A DNA stretch of 54,878 bases, taken from the NCBI GenBank assembly GCA_029260905.1, contig JAJDCH010000008.1:1-54878 (forward strand), written 5' to 3'. Every line of letters begins with the position of its first letter. Within the stretch, counting starts at the first letter, position 1. A model generated the notes under the pieces. The model did no database searches and was not told the origin of the DNA. It saw nothing but the letters and a program-made list of their open reading frames with translations. Position numbers and translations under genes: made by a program. This DNA comes from Candidatus Levyibacteriota bacterium. Its GTDB lineage: Bacteria > Patescibacteriota > Microgenomatia > Levybacterales > UBA12049. Below are positions 29,350 to 38,331 of the stretch, in pieces.

Positions 29350-31020
29350 ATGCCCCTTACAAAATCTAAAAGAACTAAATATATATTTGTTTCAGGCGGT
29401 GTCATATCTGGAATTGGCAAAGGCACAACCGCTGCCAGTATTGCTTATCTTCTTAAAACTGCAGGCTATAAAGTCGCTCCAATAAAGTTTGAAAATTATC
29501 TCAATATAGATGCAGGTACGATAAATCCTATTGAACATGGTGACCCTTTTCTTTGTGAAGATGGAACCGAGGGTGATATGGATATAGGAACATATGAAAA
29601 ATTTCTTGATGAAGATATGGGTCATGATAATTTCATCACAATGGGCAGGATTTATCAGACGGTTATTGATAAAGAGCGTAGATTTGAATATGGAGGAGAA
29701 GATGTTGAAGCAATACCACACATTACAGATGAAATTCAAAAAAGAATAAAAACGCTTGCTGATAAAACAGATGCAGACATAATTTTGATTGAGCTGGGTG
29801 GAACAGCTGGTGAGTACCAAAATGTATTTTATTATGAAGCATCTCGTATCATGACTCTAAGAAATCCAGGAGACGTGATCCATGTTCATGTCAGCTATGT
29901 TCCCACCCCTGCGCATCTTGGCGAACCAAAAACCAAGCCGACTCAACTTTCAGTACGAACACTTAACTCACTTGGAATTCAGCCTGATTTTATAATCGCA
30001 AGATCCAGAAAGTATCTTGATAAAAGGCGAAGAGACAGATTTGCGCTTTTCTGCAATATGCACCCAGAAGATATTATCTCAAATCCTGATCTAGAGTCAG
30101 TCTATGAAATCCCTCTTGTTCTTCAAAAACAGGAAATGGATAAAAGGATTTTTGAAAAGTTGGGATTAACACCCAAAAAAGCTGATCTAAGTAAATGGGA
30201 GGCTCTTGTGGGTAAGATAAAAGCGAAAAAGAGCAAAAAGATTGAGATAGCCATTATTGGAAAGTATTTTGGAACTGGTGATTATCAGCTTAAAGATTCA
30301 TATGCAGCGCTTTTTGATGCAATTAATCATGCAAGTTGGGAAATAGGAGTGGAAGTAACAACCAAATGGGTTGATGCTGAAAAAGTAGAGAAAGAAGGGG
30401 TTAAGATAATTGGCGCGCCAGACGGGCTTATCGTGCCAATTGGCTGGGGATCAAGAGGTTCAGAAGGTATGATAGCAGCTGCTACATATGCAAGAGAAAA
30501 CAATATTCCATATCTGGGACTTTGTTATGGAATGCAGCTTGCAGTTGTTGCTTTTGCCAGATCTGCTGCAGGAATTGAAGATGCATCAAGTGCTGAGAAT
30601 CATCCAGATAGCAAGCACCCAGTAATATATATAATCCCATCTCAAAAAGAGCTAATGAAAAGACGTGCATATGGGGGAACTATGAGGCTTGGAAGTTGGG
30701 AAGCAATTGTTGAGAAGGGAAGCAAAGCTCACGCGCTTTATGAAAAATATGGTGGATTTATAGACAAAGAAAAGGGACTTACTAGTGAGCGTCACAGACA
30801 TAGGTATGAATTTAACAATAAATATGCCAAAGATCTTGAGAAGGCAGGCCTGAATATAACTGCCAAATCAGTTGCAGAAGGGCTAGTTGAGATAATTGAG
30901 GTTCCAGATCACCCCTTTTACATGGGAACACAGGGTCATCCAGAATACAAAAGTAGGCCACTTAAGCCCCACCCAATATTTTTGGGATTTTTGGAAGCAA
31001 TGGCAGGAGAGAGAAAATAG
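29350..31020 (+). CDS. pyrG: CTP synthase
   Basis: GGVISGIGKG, KTKPTQ, LGLCYGMQ, ERHRHRYE, HPE. Promoter TTGATA-17-TAACAT 5 nt before ATG. Confidence 0.98.
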   Translation: MPLTKSKRTKYIFVSGGVISGIGKGTTAASIAYLLKTAGYKVAPIKFENYLNIDAGTINPIEHGDPFLCEDGTEGDMDIGTYEKFLDEDMGHDNFITMGRIYQTVIDKERRFEYGGEDVEAIPHITDEIQKRIKTLADKTDADIILIELGGTAGEYQNVFYYEASRIMTLRNPGDVIHVHVSYVPTPAHLGEPKTKPTQLSVRTLNSLGIQPDFIIARSRKYLDKRRRDRFALFCNMHPEDIISNPDLESVYEIPLVLQKQEMDKRIFEKLGLTPKKADLSKWEALVGKIKAKKSKKIEIAIIGKYFGTGDYQLKDSYAALFDAINHASWEIGVEVTTKWVDAEKVEKEGVKIIGAPDGLIVPIGWGSRGSEGMIAAATYARENNIPYLGLCYGMQLAVVAFARSAAGIEDASSAENHPDSKHPVIYIIPSQKELMKRRAYGGTMRLGSWEAIVEKGSKAHALYEKYGGFIDKEKGLTSERHRHRYEFNNKYAKDLEKAGLNITAKSVAEGLVEIIEVPDHPFYMGTQGHPEYKSRPLKPHPIFLGFLEAMAGERK

Positions 31021-31059
31021 TATTTAATATTAAGTATTAGATTTTTAATCCTTGAGTTC
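31018..31059. repeat. Degenerate 7-nt repeat in the pyrG-rplS spacer
   Basis: TAGTATT TAATATT AAGTATT AGATTTT TAATCCT TGAGTTC. Confidence 0.5.
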
Positions 31060-31080
31060 AGGTTTTTTTTCCGCTATAAT
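31052..31080 (+). promoter_or_regulatory. rplS promoter
   Basis: TTGAGT-17 nt-TATAAT, 8 nt before ATG. Confidence 0.7.
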
Positions 31081-31088
31081 ACATATCT

Positions 31089-31376
31089 ATGCAGCAAGTA
31101 ATTAATTTCGTGCCAGGAGACACCATAAAAGTTCATCAGAAGATTCAGGAAGGTGAGAAGACTCGTATTCAGGTTTTTAAAGGTATGGTCCTTGGTATTC
31201 GTGGACGAGGCGACAACAAAAGCTTTACTGTTCAAAAAATGGTTGGACAGATTGCAGTTGATAGAATCTGGCAGATCGATTCTCCAAATATTGAAAAGAT
31301 TGAAATTGCTGAAAAATCACGAAAAAGAATGAGAAGAGCCAAGCTTTCCCACCTCAAAATAACCCACAAGAATTAA
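31089..31376 (+). CDS. rplS: 50S ribosomal protein L19
   Basis: FVPGDTIKVH, EGEKTRIQVFKG, SFTV, RRAKL. Confidence 0.95.
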   Translation: MQQVINFVPGDTIKVHQKIQEGEKTRIQVFKGMVLGIRGRGDNKSFTVQKMVGQIAVDRIWQIDSPNIEKIEIAEKSRKRMRRAKLSHLKITHKN

Positions 31377-31419
31377 TTATAGTGCAGGACATAAAGGTAG
31401 TAAATAAGCCAGGGGTAGT

Positions 31420-32214
31420 TTAAGAAAGCGTTTTTACGAATTTATAGATAAAATATGCGCTTAGGAGCGAAATAGCAAAAGATATAATTGTTCCCCAAAG
31501 TAAACCAGTTGAAATATAAAAAAATCGTACTGTCAAAGAATAAACAAGCACATTTATTAATCCGCTAAGCATCAGTGATTTCATTACGCCCAGAGAAAAC
31601 TTTTCTCCTTGGAGCTTATATGTTATTGCCATTGTTGCAAAAAAAACTGCGGGAAATGAGGCAAATGCACCTCCTAGTAAAGGTCCACCAAACTCAGAAA
31701 ATAGTACAGATATCGCAATCGTAGAGCCACCAATTAATCCTCTAATTAGTATATCTTGATAAGAAAACTTATATTTTTTTCCAGAAACTGATGGTATTCT
31801 TAATAAGTATTCAAGAATTAAGTAAGACATGGGTAATATCACTAAAAAAGAAGCTATTGAGATATATAAATTGTTAAAATTAAAAAAGATCAAAATTGCT
31901 GAAGACACAAACCAAAACAATATTGATAAAGAGTATGCGATATAAAAATGATAGCGTAGAAAAAAACTATAAATAACAACCAATAATGCATTAATGCTTA
32001 ATATAATAGGAATTATAGAAACGCTTTCAGAAGCGTGAATTGTTCCTTGTGTCCAGCCAATAAAAAAGAGAGCAATAACAGTAGTAGAAGGTATTCCGGC
32101 AACCACTCCTCCAAGTTTGGACCCCAAGTTTTCTGCAAGTATTGTTGTCAATGTAATCCAGACAGAGCCTACAAGAAAAGATAAAAATAATTTTAATAAA
32201 AAAATATTGTCCAT
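31420..32214 (-). CDS. Polytopic membrane protein with internal duplication (DUF3147-like)
   Basis: About 8 TM segments; halves carry matching motifs AENLGSKLGGVVAGIPS and SEFGGPLLGGAFASFPA. Confidence 0.65.
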   Translation of the reverse strand: MDNIFLLKLFLSFLVGSVWITLTTILAENLGSKLGGVVAGIPSTTVIALFFIGWTQGTIHASESVSIIPIILSINALLVVIYSFFLRYHFYIAYSLSILFWFVSSAILIFFNFNNLYISIASFLVILPMSYLILEYLLRIPSVSGKKYKFSYQDILIRGLIGGSTIAISVLFSEFGGPLLGGAFASFPAVFFATMAITYKLQGEKFSLGVMKSLMLSGLINVLVYSLTVRFFYISTGLLWGTIISFAISLLSAYFIYKFVKTLS

Positions 32215-32229
32215 TGCTATAATGATAGC
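32215..32229. promoter_or_regulatory. Overlapping bidirectional -10 elements between divergent genes
   Basis: TATAAT (+, 32218-32223) 6 nt before the yraN ATG; TATCAT (-, 32222-32227) 7 nt before the opposite ATG. Confidence 0.65.
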
Positions 32230-32592
32230 ATGTCACGGTTTTTGAAAGATGAAGGGGATGAGGGGGAGGAGTTGGCAGCTGACTTTTTGCAGAAAAAAGG
32301 ATATAAGATAATTGAGCGCAATTTCAGGATCAGAGGTGGTGAGATTGATATTATTGCAATTTTTCAGGATACTTTGGTCTTTATTGAAGTCAAGACAAGA
32401 TCATCAAATAAATTTGGCACGCCTCTTGAGTCAATTACGCCCTGGAAGCTGAAGGCTCTAATACGTACAGCGCAGTTTTATAAAATAAAAAATAAAAATC
32501 TGCCAGATGGGATGAGAATTGATGCAGTAACTGTTGAGCATGACTTGTCAGGAGTTCCACAAATCGAACATATTGAAAATATTAGTTTTTGA
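32230..32592 (+). CDS. yraN: YraN family PD-(D/E)xK nuclease-like protein
   Basis: GEELAADFL, IIERNFR, GEIDIIA, FIEVKTR, RIDAV. Confidence 0.93.
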   Translation: MSRFLKDEGDEGEELAADFLQKKGYKIIERNFRIRGGEIDIIAIFQDTLVFIEVKTRSSNKFGTPLESITPWKLKALIRTAQFYKIKNKNLPDGMRIDAVTVEHDLSGVPQIEHIENISF

Positions 32593-32627
32593 TTTGTAAT
32601 TTTGGGGGTTGAATTTGATTGTTTTTT

Positions 32628-32636
32628 TGTTACAAT
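32628..32636 (+). promoter_or_regulatory. Extended -10 promoter for the pyk leader
   Basis: TGnTACAAT, 6 nt before the leader ATG; TTGAAT at 32609-32614 (16-nt spacer). Confidence 0.6.
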
Positions 32637-32642
32637 ACTTTT

Positions 32643-32693
32643 ATGGTAGTAAATAATAAAGCAGTAGCAGTAGTCGCAGTTCTACTCCCTTAG
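32643..32693 (+). CDS. Putative attenuator leader peptide MVVNNKAVAVVAVLLP
   Basis: 16-codon ORF with 6 Val, 3 Ala and 2 Leu codons, overlapping alternative RNA hairpins upstream of pyk. Confidence 0.72.
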   Translation: MVVNNKAVAVVAVLLP

Positions 32694-32721
32694 AGCGGAG
32701 GCGATTTTGCTGATAAATCAC

Positions 32722-32744
32722 CCCCGCCAGAAGCGGGGTTTTTT
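32722..32744 (+). terminator. Intrinsic terminator (attenuator) in the pyk 5' leader
   Basis: CCCCGC-CAGAA-GCGGGG followed by T6; the 5' arm can instead pair with 32695-32707. Confidence 0.85.
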
Positions 32745-32769
32745 AATGGTTTAGTTAATAAATATATTT

Positions 32770-33780
32770 ATGAATAATGTAAAAAAACAAATCAAGATAA
32801 TAGCAACAATTGGTCCTGCGACTCATTCTCCTGATCGTATACTTGATTTGGCAAAAGCTGGTGTAAATATATTTAGGATTAATTTGTCACATGCTACCGA
32901 TCAGGAGATTTCAGAACGTTTTAAATGGATAAAATTAGCAGAAGATATTTTGGGGGTAAAACTTGAGATACTTGGTGATTTGCCTGGACCTAAAATAAGA
33001 ATTAATGATGTTGCAAAAAATGTGATCCTTGAAAAAGGACAAAAATATTATATCTTGAAAAATAAGAAAAATGGTGATGTGTATGGATGTGGCCTTAACT
33101 ACCCAAAAATATTAGATGTGCTTACTGAGGGAGCAAAGATATTTATAGATGATGGACAGATTCAACTGATTGTAGACAAAAAAACATCAGAAGGTCTAGA
33201 GACAACCGTTGTAGTGGGTGGTCATTTGACTTCAAGGAAAGGTTTTTTGGCTGAAGGGATATCAATCAGTCTTGGCAGTGTTTCAACAAGAGACAAAAGG
33301 GGAATAAAGCAGATGATCAGAGAAAAACCAGATTATCTAGCAATCTCTTTTGTTGAAACGAAAAAAGACATAGAAGAAATAAAAAAACTGTTACCCAAAA
33401 ATTTCAATGCTAAATTGATTGCAAAGATCGAGACATGTAATGGCGTAGTTAACGCTGAAGATATTTTAAGTGTCTCAAGTGGATTGATGGTAGCAAGGGG
33501 AGATTTGGGACTTGCTATGCCTATTTTTAAAGTGCCTAGAATTCAGAAAGACTTGATAAGGCTTTGCAATCAAGAGAAAAAATTTGTAATAACTGCAACT
33601 CATATGCTTGAGTCAATGATTAATAAGCCTCTTCCCACAAGAGCAGAGGTTAGTGATGTAGCAAATGCTATTTGGGATGGAACTGATGCTGTGATGCTTT
33701 CTGGGGAGTCAGCTATTGGTAAATATCCGATTGAAGCAGTTACGGTTTTGCAGGAAATGATTGATGAGATTAGTTTTTAA
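32770..33780 (+). CDS. pyk: Pyruvate kinase lacking the C-terminal domain
   Basis: [51 protein letters not shown]; ends at 336 aa. Confidence 0.95.
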   Translation: MNNVKKQIKIIATIGPATHSPDRILDLAKAGVNIFRINLSHATDQEISERFKWIKLAEDILGVKLEILGDLPGPKIRINDVAKNVILEKGQKYYILKNKKNGDVYGCGLNYPKILDVLTEGAKIFIDDGQIQLIVDKKTSEGLETTVVVGGHLTSRKGFLAEGISISLGSVSTRDKRGIKQMIREKPDYLAISFVETKKDIEEIKKLLPKNFNAKLIAKIETCNGVVNAEDILSVSSGLMVARGDLGLAMPIFKVPRIQKDLIRLCNQEKKFVITATHMLESMINKPLPTRAEVSDVANAIWDGTDAVMLSGESAIGKYPIEAVTVLQEMIDEISF

Positions 33781-35773
33781 TCTTTTGAATTTTTCTTACT
33801 TCATCTCTTAGTCTGATCGCGGTTTCAAAATCAAGCTTTTCAGCTGCATTTTTCATTTCTTTTCTTAAGGCCTTAATTAGTTTTTCTTTCTCATCAGGAA
33901 GAATTACTTCCTTGTTGGAGAATTCAATCAGTTCAGCAATTGTTTCAGCTTCTTTTTCTTTTTCTTCCTCTTCAATTAATTTTGCTCGAATTGCTTTTTC
34001 AATTGTTTTTGGTGTTATATTGTTTTGCTTGTTGTATTTAAGCTGAATTTCTCTCCTTCTTTCAACTTCATCGATTGCGCCTTTCATTGATTTGGTTATT
34101 TTATCGGCATACATTATTACTTTTGAATCAACGTTTCGCGCTGCTCGTCCCATTGTCTGAATGAGGGATGTCTTGCTTCTTAAAAAGCCTTCTTTATCTG
34201 CATCAAGAATGGCAACAAGTGAGACTTCTGGCAAATCCAACCCCTCGCGCAGAAGATTGATTCCAACTAGCACATCAACCTCTCCTGATCTTAATGAATC
34301 AAGCACATCTTGTCTGCGTAGCGTCTCAATATCAGAGTGAAGATATGCTATTTTATAACCCCTCTCTTGAAGATAGCTTGATAGTTCTTCCGACATGCGT
34401 TTAGTAAGTGTTGTTACTAGTACGCGCTGTTTATTTTTTATTCTCTTATCTATTTCTGCTGTTAGGTCAGTAATTTGTCCTTTGGTGGTTCGAACTGTCA
34501 CAGCCGGATCCACAAGGCCAGTTGGTCTGATTAGCTGTTCAACGATACTGTTTTTTGATTCTTTTGCTAGTGATACTTCGTAATCATTTGGCGTTGCTGA
34601 AACAAAGATGGTTTTGTTTAATTTTCTGACAAATTCTTCATATTTTAAAGGCCTGTTATCAAGAGCTGATGGTAGTCTAAATCCATAATCAATAAGAGTT
34701 TGTTTTCTTGATCTATCACCGTTGTACATCCCTCTTATCTGGGGGATGGTGATGTGTGATTCGTCAATCATCAAAAGCCAATCTTTGCTTGCATGGTCAA
34801 GATAGTCAATCAAAGTATATGGTGGTTGTCCGGGTTTTCGTCCATCAAAATAAATTGAATAGTTTTCAATTCCATTGACATATCCTACTTCTTTTATCAT
34901 TTCAAGGTCAAAATTTACTTTTTGTGTAAGACGTTGTGCTTCAAGCGCGCGTCCCAGGGATTTTAATTTTTTAACCTGTTCATCCAGATCTTTTTGAATT
35001 TCAGTAAATGCTTTTGTATGAGTTTTTGGATCTGTCATATAGTGTTTGGCAGGATAGATAATGGTTGCATCAAGGATTTTGAGAATCTCCCCTGTAAGTG
35101 GGTTAAACTCATACATCTTTGTTAGCTTGTCCTGAATTTGAATTTTAATTCCATGATCAACGTAGGCAGGAAATATGTCTATATCTCCACCTCTTACTCG
35201 AAATGTCCCTCTTTTAAATTCATAATCGTTTCTTGTGTATTGCAAATCAGTAAGCTTGAAAAGAATATCTTCTTGTCTTATTTTCATGCCTGTTTTTAGC
35301 TCCATGACAAATTTCCCGTACTCAATAGGCGATCCAATATTATAAATACATGAAACTGATGCAATAACAATTACATCTTTACGAGTTAAGAGGTTGGCAG
35401 TTGCAGCAAGTCTGAGTTTGTCAATTTCTTCATTTATGTCAGCCTCCTTTTCAATGTAAGTATCAGATTGGGGCACATATGCTTCTGGTTGATAGTAATC
35501 ATAGTATGAAACAAAATATGAGACAGCATTATCTGGAAAAAAATCTCGAAATTCTTGATAAAGTTGTCCGGCCAGTGTTTTATTGTGAGAGATAATAAGT
35601 GTTGGTTTCTGTACGTTTTGGATCACATTTGCCATGGTAAATGTCTTACCACTTCCAGTTACCCCCAGAAGAACCTGGTTTTCTGTATTTTGCTTTAAGT
35701 TTTGAGTTAATTGTTTTATAGCCTGAGGCTGATCCCCAGTTGGCTTAAATTTGGACTTAAGTTTGAACTTCAT
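33770..35773 (-). CDS. uvrB: Excinuclease ABC subunit B
   Basis: [31 protein letters not shown]-terminal UVR motif. Confidence 0.99.
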   Translation of the reverse strand: MKFKLKSKFKPTGDQPQAIKQLTQNLKQNTENQVLLGVTGSGKTFTMANVIQNVQKPTLIISHNKTLAGQLYQEFRDFFPDNAVSYFVSYYDYYQPEAYVPQSDTYIEKEADINEEIDKLRLAATANLLTRKDVIVIASVSCIYNIGSPIEYGKFVMELKTGMKIRQEDILFKLTDLQYTRNDYEFKRGTFRVRGGDIDIFPAYVDHGIKIQIQDKLTKMYEFNPLTGEILKILDATIIYPAKHYMTDPKTHTKAFTEIQKDLDEQVKKLKSLGRALEAQRLTQKVNFDLEMIKEVGYVNGIENYSIYFDGRKPGQPPYTLIDYLDHASKDWLLMIDESHITIPQIRGMYNGDRSRKQTLIDYGFRLPSALDNRPLKYEEFVRKLNKTIFVSATPNDYEVSLAKESKNSIVEQLIRPTGLVDPAVTVRTTKGQITDLTAEIDKRIKNKQRVLVTTLTKRMSEELSSYLQERGYKIAYLHSDIETLRRQDVLDSLRSGEVDVLVGINLLREGLDLPEVSLVAILDADKEGFLRSKTSLIQTMGRAARNVDSKVIMYADKITKSMKGAIDEVERRREIQLKYNKQNNITPKTIEKAIRAKLIEEEEKEKEAETIAELIEFSNKEVILPDEKEKLIKALRKEMKNAAEKLDFETAIRLRDEVRKIQKIKN

Positions 35774-35878
35774 GATCTTTTATTTTAACAGATTTATAAG
35801 TTTTGATGTGAAAGAACATATAATTTTGATTTGTATCAATACTGATCCCTTTTGAGCCAGTTTGTATTATTGCAAAAT

Positions 35879-35896
35879 TATACGAATTGTCGTATA
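35879..35896. promoter_or_regulatory. Palindromic candidate LexA operator
   Basis: TATACGA-ATTG-TCGTATA, 27 nt upstream of lexA, in the lexA/uvrB divergent spacer. Confidence 0.6.
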
Positions 35897-35923
35897 TTTT
35901 TTAGTAATAGATTAATTTTAATT

Positions 35924-36550
35924 ATGGCAGGCGTTTTATACAAAAAAGAAAGACAGGTTCTTGAATTTTTAGTTCAATTCCAATCAAAATACGGTTATTC
36001 TCCGACTCTTGCTGAGATAGCAAAAGCAACAGGACATAAAAGTGTCAGCACTATTTATGTTCTTATCCGAAGTCTTGTTGATAAGGGTTATGTTCAAAAA
36101 GTTGATGGTAATGCGAGAGTTCTTAAGGTTAAAGACGAAAGTGTTATTTCAAAATTTATGGGAATTGAACCATCAATTGAGCTGCCGTTGATGGGTTACA
36201 TAGCAGCTGGGGCGCCTCTGGAGCCACACACTGATCCAAATGCAACGTTCCAAGTCTCTGCATCAATGGTGAGTGGAACTAAGACCTCTTATGTGCTTCA
36301 GGTCAAGGGCGAGTCTATGATTGATGATGGGATATTGGATGGAGACTTTGTGGTGATAGAAAAGGTAAATCAGGCAATAAATGGAGAAATTGTTGTTGCA
36401 TTGGTTGATGATAATCTGGCAACGCTAAAGAAGTTTTATAAAGAAGGAGAGATCATTGTTCTCAAGCCCGCAAACTCCTCTATGGATCCTATTTATCCCA
36501 AAAGCCTCAAGATTCAAGGAAAAGTTGTAGGACTTGTTCGTAAGTTTTGA
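35924..36550 (+). CDS. lexA: LexA repressor
   Basis: Winged HTH (GYSPTLAEI), Ala-Gly cleavage site (IAAGAP), catalytic Ser (GESM) and Lys (TLKK). Start moved to ATG 35924. Confidence 0.96.
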   Translation: MAGVLYKKERQVLEFLVQFQSKYGYSPTLAEIAKATGHKSVSTIYVLIRSLVDKGYVQKVDGNARVLKVKDESVISKFMGIEPSIELPLMGYIAAGAPLEPHTDPNATFQVSASMVSGTKTSYVLQVKGESMIDDGILDGDFVVIEKVNQAINGEIVVALVDDNLATLKKFYKEGEIIVLKPANSSMDPIYPKSLKIQGKVVGLVRKF

Positions 36551-36565
36551 TGTTATAATACGAGA

Positions 36566-37267
36566 ATGGGCACTCTTTTTATAGTCGCAACCCCTATTGG
36601 CAACCTCAAAGATATCTCAATAAGAGCAATCGAAAATTTATTCTCAGTTGACGCAATAGCTTGTGAAGATACAAGAAGAACAGGACTTCTTCTTGAAAAT
36701 CTTTTAAAATATACAGAAAAAAAAGAAAAGCCAAGGCTGGTTTCATATTATGAGCAAAATGAGTTAGATCGGATTCCTGAGATAATAGCTTTTCTCAAAG
36801 ACGGATTCAGTATTAGTCTGGTTAGTGATGCTGGAACACCTGCCATTTCAGATCCTGGATTCAAGCTTATCCGTGAATGTGTGCGGGAAGGAATAAAGAT
36901 TGTTTCTATTCCTGGGCCGTCAAGCGTCTTGACAGCTTTGACTTCGTCAGGTTTGCCGACAGATAAATTTTTTTTCTGTGGATATCCACCTCATAAATCC
37001 GGTCACCGCAAAACATTTTTTGAAAATATCCTATCATCACAGCATTATTTAAAATCAACTGTAATTCTTTTTGAGGCGCCTCATAAAATAATAAAGACGC
37101 TTGGGGAGATGAAAGAGGTTTTTGGTGATATTGAGATTGTTTTGGCACGTGAACTAACCAAAACGTATGAAGAAGTGAGACATGAAAAAATATCAGAATC
37201 CTTGGTGCATTTTAAGAAAAAGTCACCAAAAGGGGAGTTTGTGATATTATTAAAGTTAATTATTTGA
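36566..37267 (+). CDS. rsmI: 16S rRNA C1402 2'-O-methyltransferase
   Basis: VATPIGNL, CEDTR, SDAGTPAISDPG, FEAPH, ARELTK. Confidence 0.97.
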   Translation: MGTLFIVATPIGNLKDISIRAIENLFSVDAIACEDTRRTGLLLENLLKYTEKKEKPRLVSYYEQNELDRIPEIIAFLKDGFSISLVSDAGTPAISDPGFKLIRECVREGIKIVSIPGPSSVLTALTSSGLPTDKFFFCGYPPHKSGHRKTFFENILSSQHYLKSTVILFEAPHKIIKTLGEMKEVFGDIEIVLARELTKTYEEVRHEKISESLVHFKKKSPKGEFVILLKLII

Positions 37268-37313
37268 ATAATATTGATTTTGCAGGCAAAATTGTGTAGA
37301 ATGTTTTTCTTAT

Positions 37314-37619
37314 ATGAGTTTCGAAGCAATAAGATCGAGTAATAGACGAGCTAGGGAATTAGCAGAGCTTCACGTTGCAAATTTGCTAAAAACATCAAAA
37401 AATATAGATGGATTGCCACCATGTCTACGTAAAAGCAAAAGGTTAGAAGGGCTTCGTCCACAAGCAAAAGTTGTTATTGATGACCTTACGAAATTACCAC
37501 ACTTAGAAAGTGTAAGATTGATGAGGGGGGGCAAAAGAAGACTTGGTTCCAGTTTTTCAACTAGGGCAGGCATAAGGGTTGCATATGAGTTGACAAGAGC
37601 AAGGATAAAGAGTTTGTAA
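37314..37619 (+). CDS. Basic hypothetical protein
   Basis: Fills the rsmI-gpmA gap; preceded by TTGATT-17-TAGAAT (37274-37302); no recognised motif. Confidence 0.55.
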   Translation: MSFEAIRSSNRRARELAELHVANLLKTSKNIDGLPPCLRKSKRLEGLRPQAKVVIDDLTKLPHLESVRLMRGGKRRLGSSFSTRAGIRVAYELTRARIKSL

Positions 37620-37650
37620 TTATTTTTAGTTTTATGAAATGAGTAATTTC

Positions 37651-38277
37651 TTAAACTTTATTCTCGTTCTTGTTTCTTATTTCTTTTGAAGCTATATTAC
37701 CATCCTTTTCTATCTCATAGACATAAATTTCACCAACTGCGATTTCAAGATGGGGGATGTCCTCATCTGATATATTTTCAAGATATTTGATCAATGCTCT
37801 TAGACTATTTCCATGAGCCGTGATAATAATATTTTTGCCATCTTTCAAAAGTGGCATGATCTCAGATTCAAAATAAGGAATAGCTCTTTGATAAACATCT
37901 TTTAAAGATTCACCGTTTGGCAATTGATAATCCCAGCTACGTCTTATTTTCTGAAACATCTCCTCTCCCACTTCTTTTTTTACTTCCCATTTATTTTTTC
38001 CAGTATAATCACCGTAATCTCGTTCATTTAAAGCTTTATTTTCAGTTGTTGGTACGTTTTTCTCAGTGCTTCCTTTTTGAATTTCATCCCATGTTTCCTT
38101 AGCTCTTTTTAGGGTCGATGTGAACGCGAGATCCATATGGATATCTTTTAGTTTTTCTCCAGCTTCAAAAGCAACTTCTCGACCTTTATCATCAAGTGAA
38201 ACATCAGTCCAGCCGGTCCAGAGACCTTTGGCATTCCAAACAGATTCACCATGTCTAACAAGTATAAGTTTTGCCAT
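37651..38277 (-). CDS. gpmA: 2,3-bisphosphoglycerate-dependent phosphoglycerate mutase
   Basis: LVRHGES, TGWTD, LNERDYG, RRSWD, AHGNSLRAL. Confidence 0.97.
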   Translation of the reverse strand: MAKLILVRHGESVWNAKGLWTGWTDVSLDDKGREVAFEAGEKLKDIHMDLAFTSTLKRAKETWDEIQKGSTEKNVPTTENKALNERDYGDYTGKNKWEVKKEVGEEMFQKIRRSWDYQLPNGESLKDVYQRAIPYFESEIMPLLKDGKNIIITAHGNSLRALIKYLENISDEDIPHLEIAVGEIYVYEIEKDGNIASKEIRNKNENKV

Positions 38278-38280
38278 AGA

Positions 38281-38322
38281 TTATTAGTATTAAGTATAAA
38301 GTATTATGTATTAAGTATAAAG
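38281..38322. repeat. 7-nt tandem repeat with 21-nt super-period upstream of gpmA
   Basis: TTATTAG TATTAAG TATAAAG TATTATG TATTAAG TATAAAG. Confidence 0.85.
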
Positions 38323-38331
38323 GGTATGGTT

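Noticed and set aside
32643-32744. T-box or metabolite riboswitch upstream of pyk
   Set aside because: No T-box consensus (GGTGGnACCGCG) or recognisable aptamer, and the leader is too short; the uORF model fits better.
35852-35923. N-terminal extension of lexA from TTG 35852
   Set aside because: Not LexA-like and covers the probable promoter and operator; ATG 35924 gives a normal-length LexA.
38281-38322. CRISPR array or iterons as an explanation for the short repeats
   Set aside because: Units are 7 nt, contiguous and spacer-less, with no cas or rep gene in the window.
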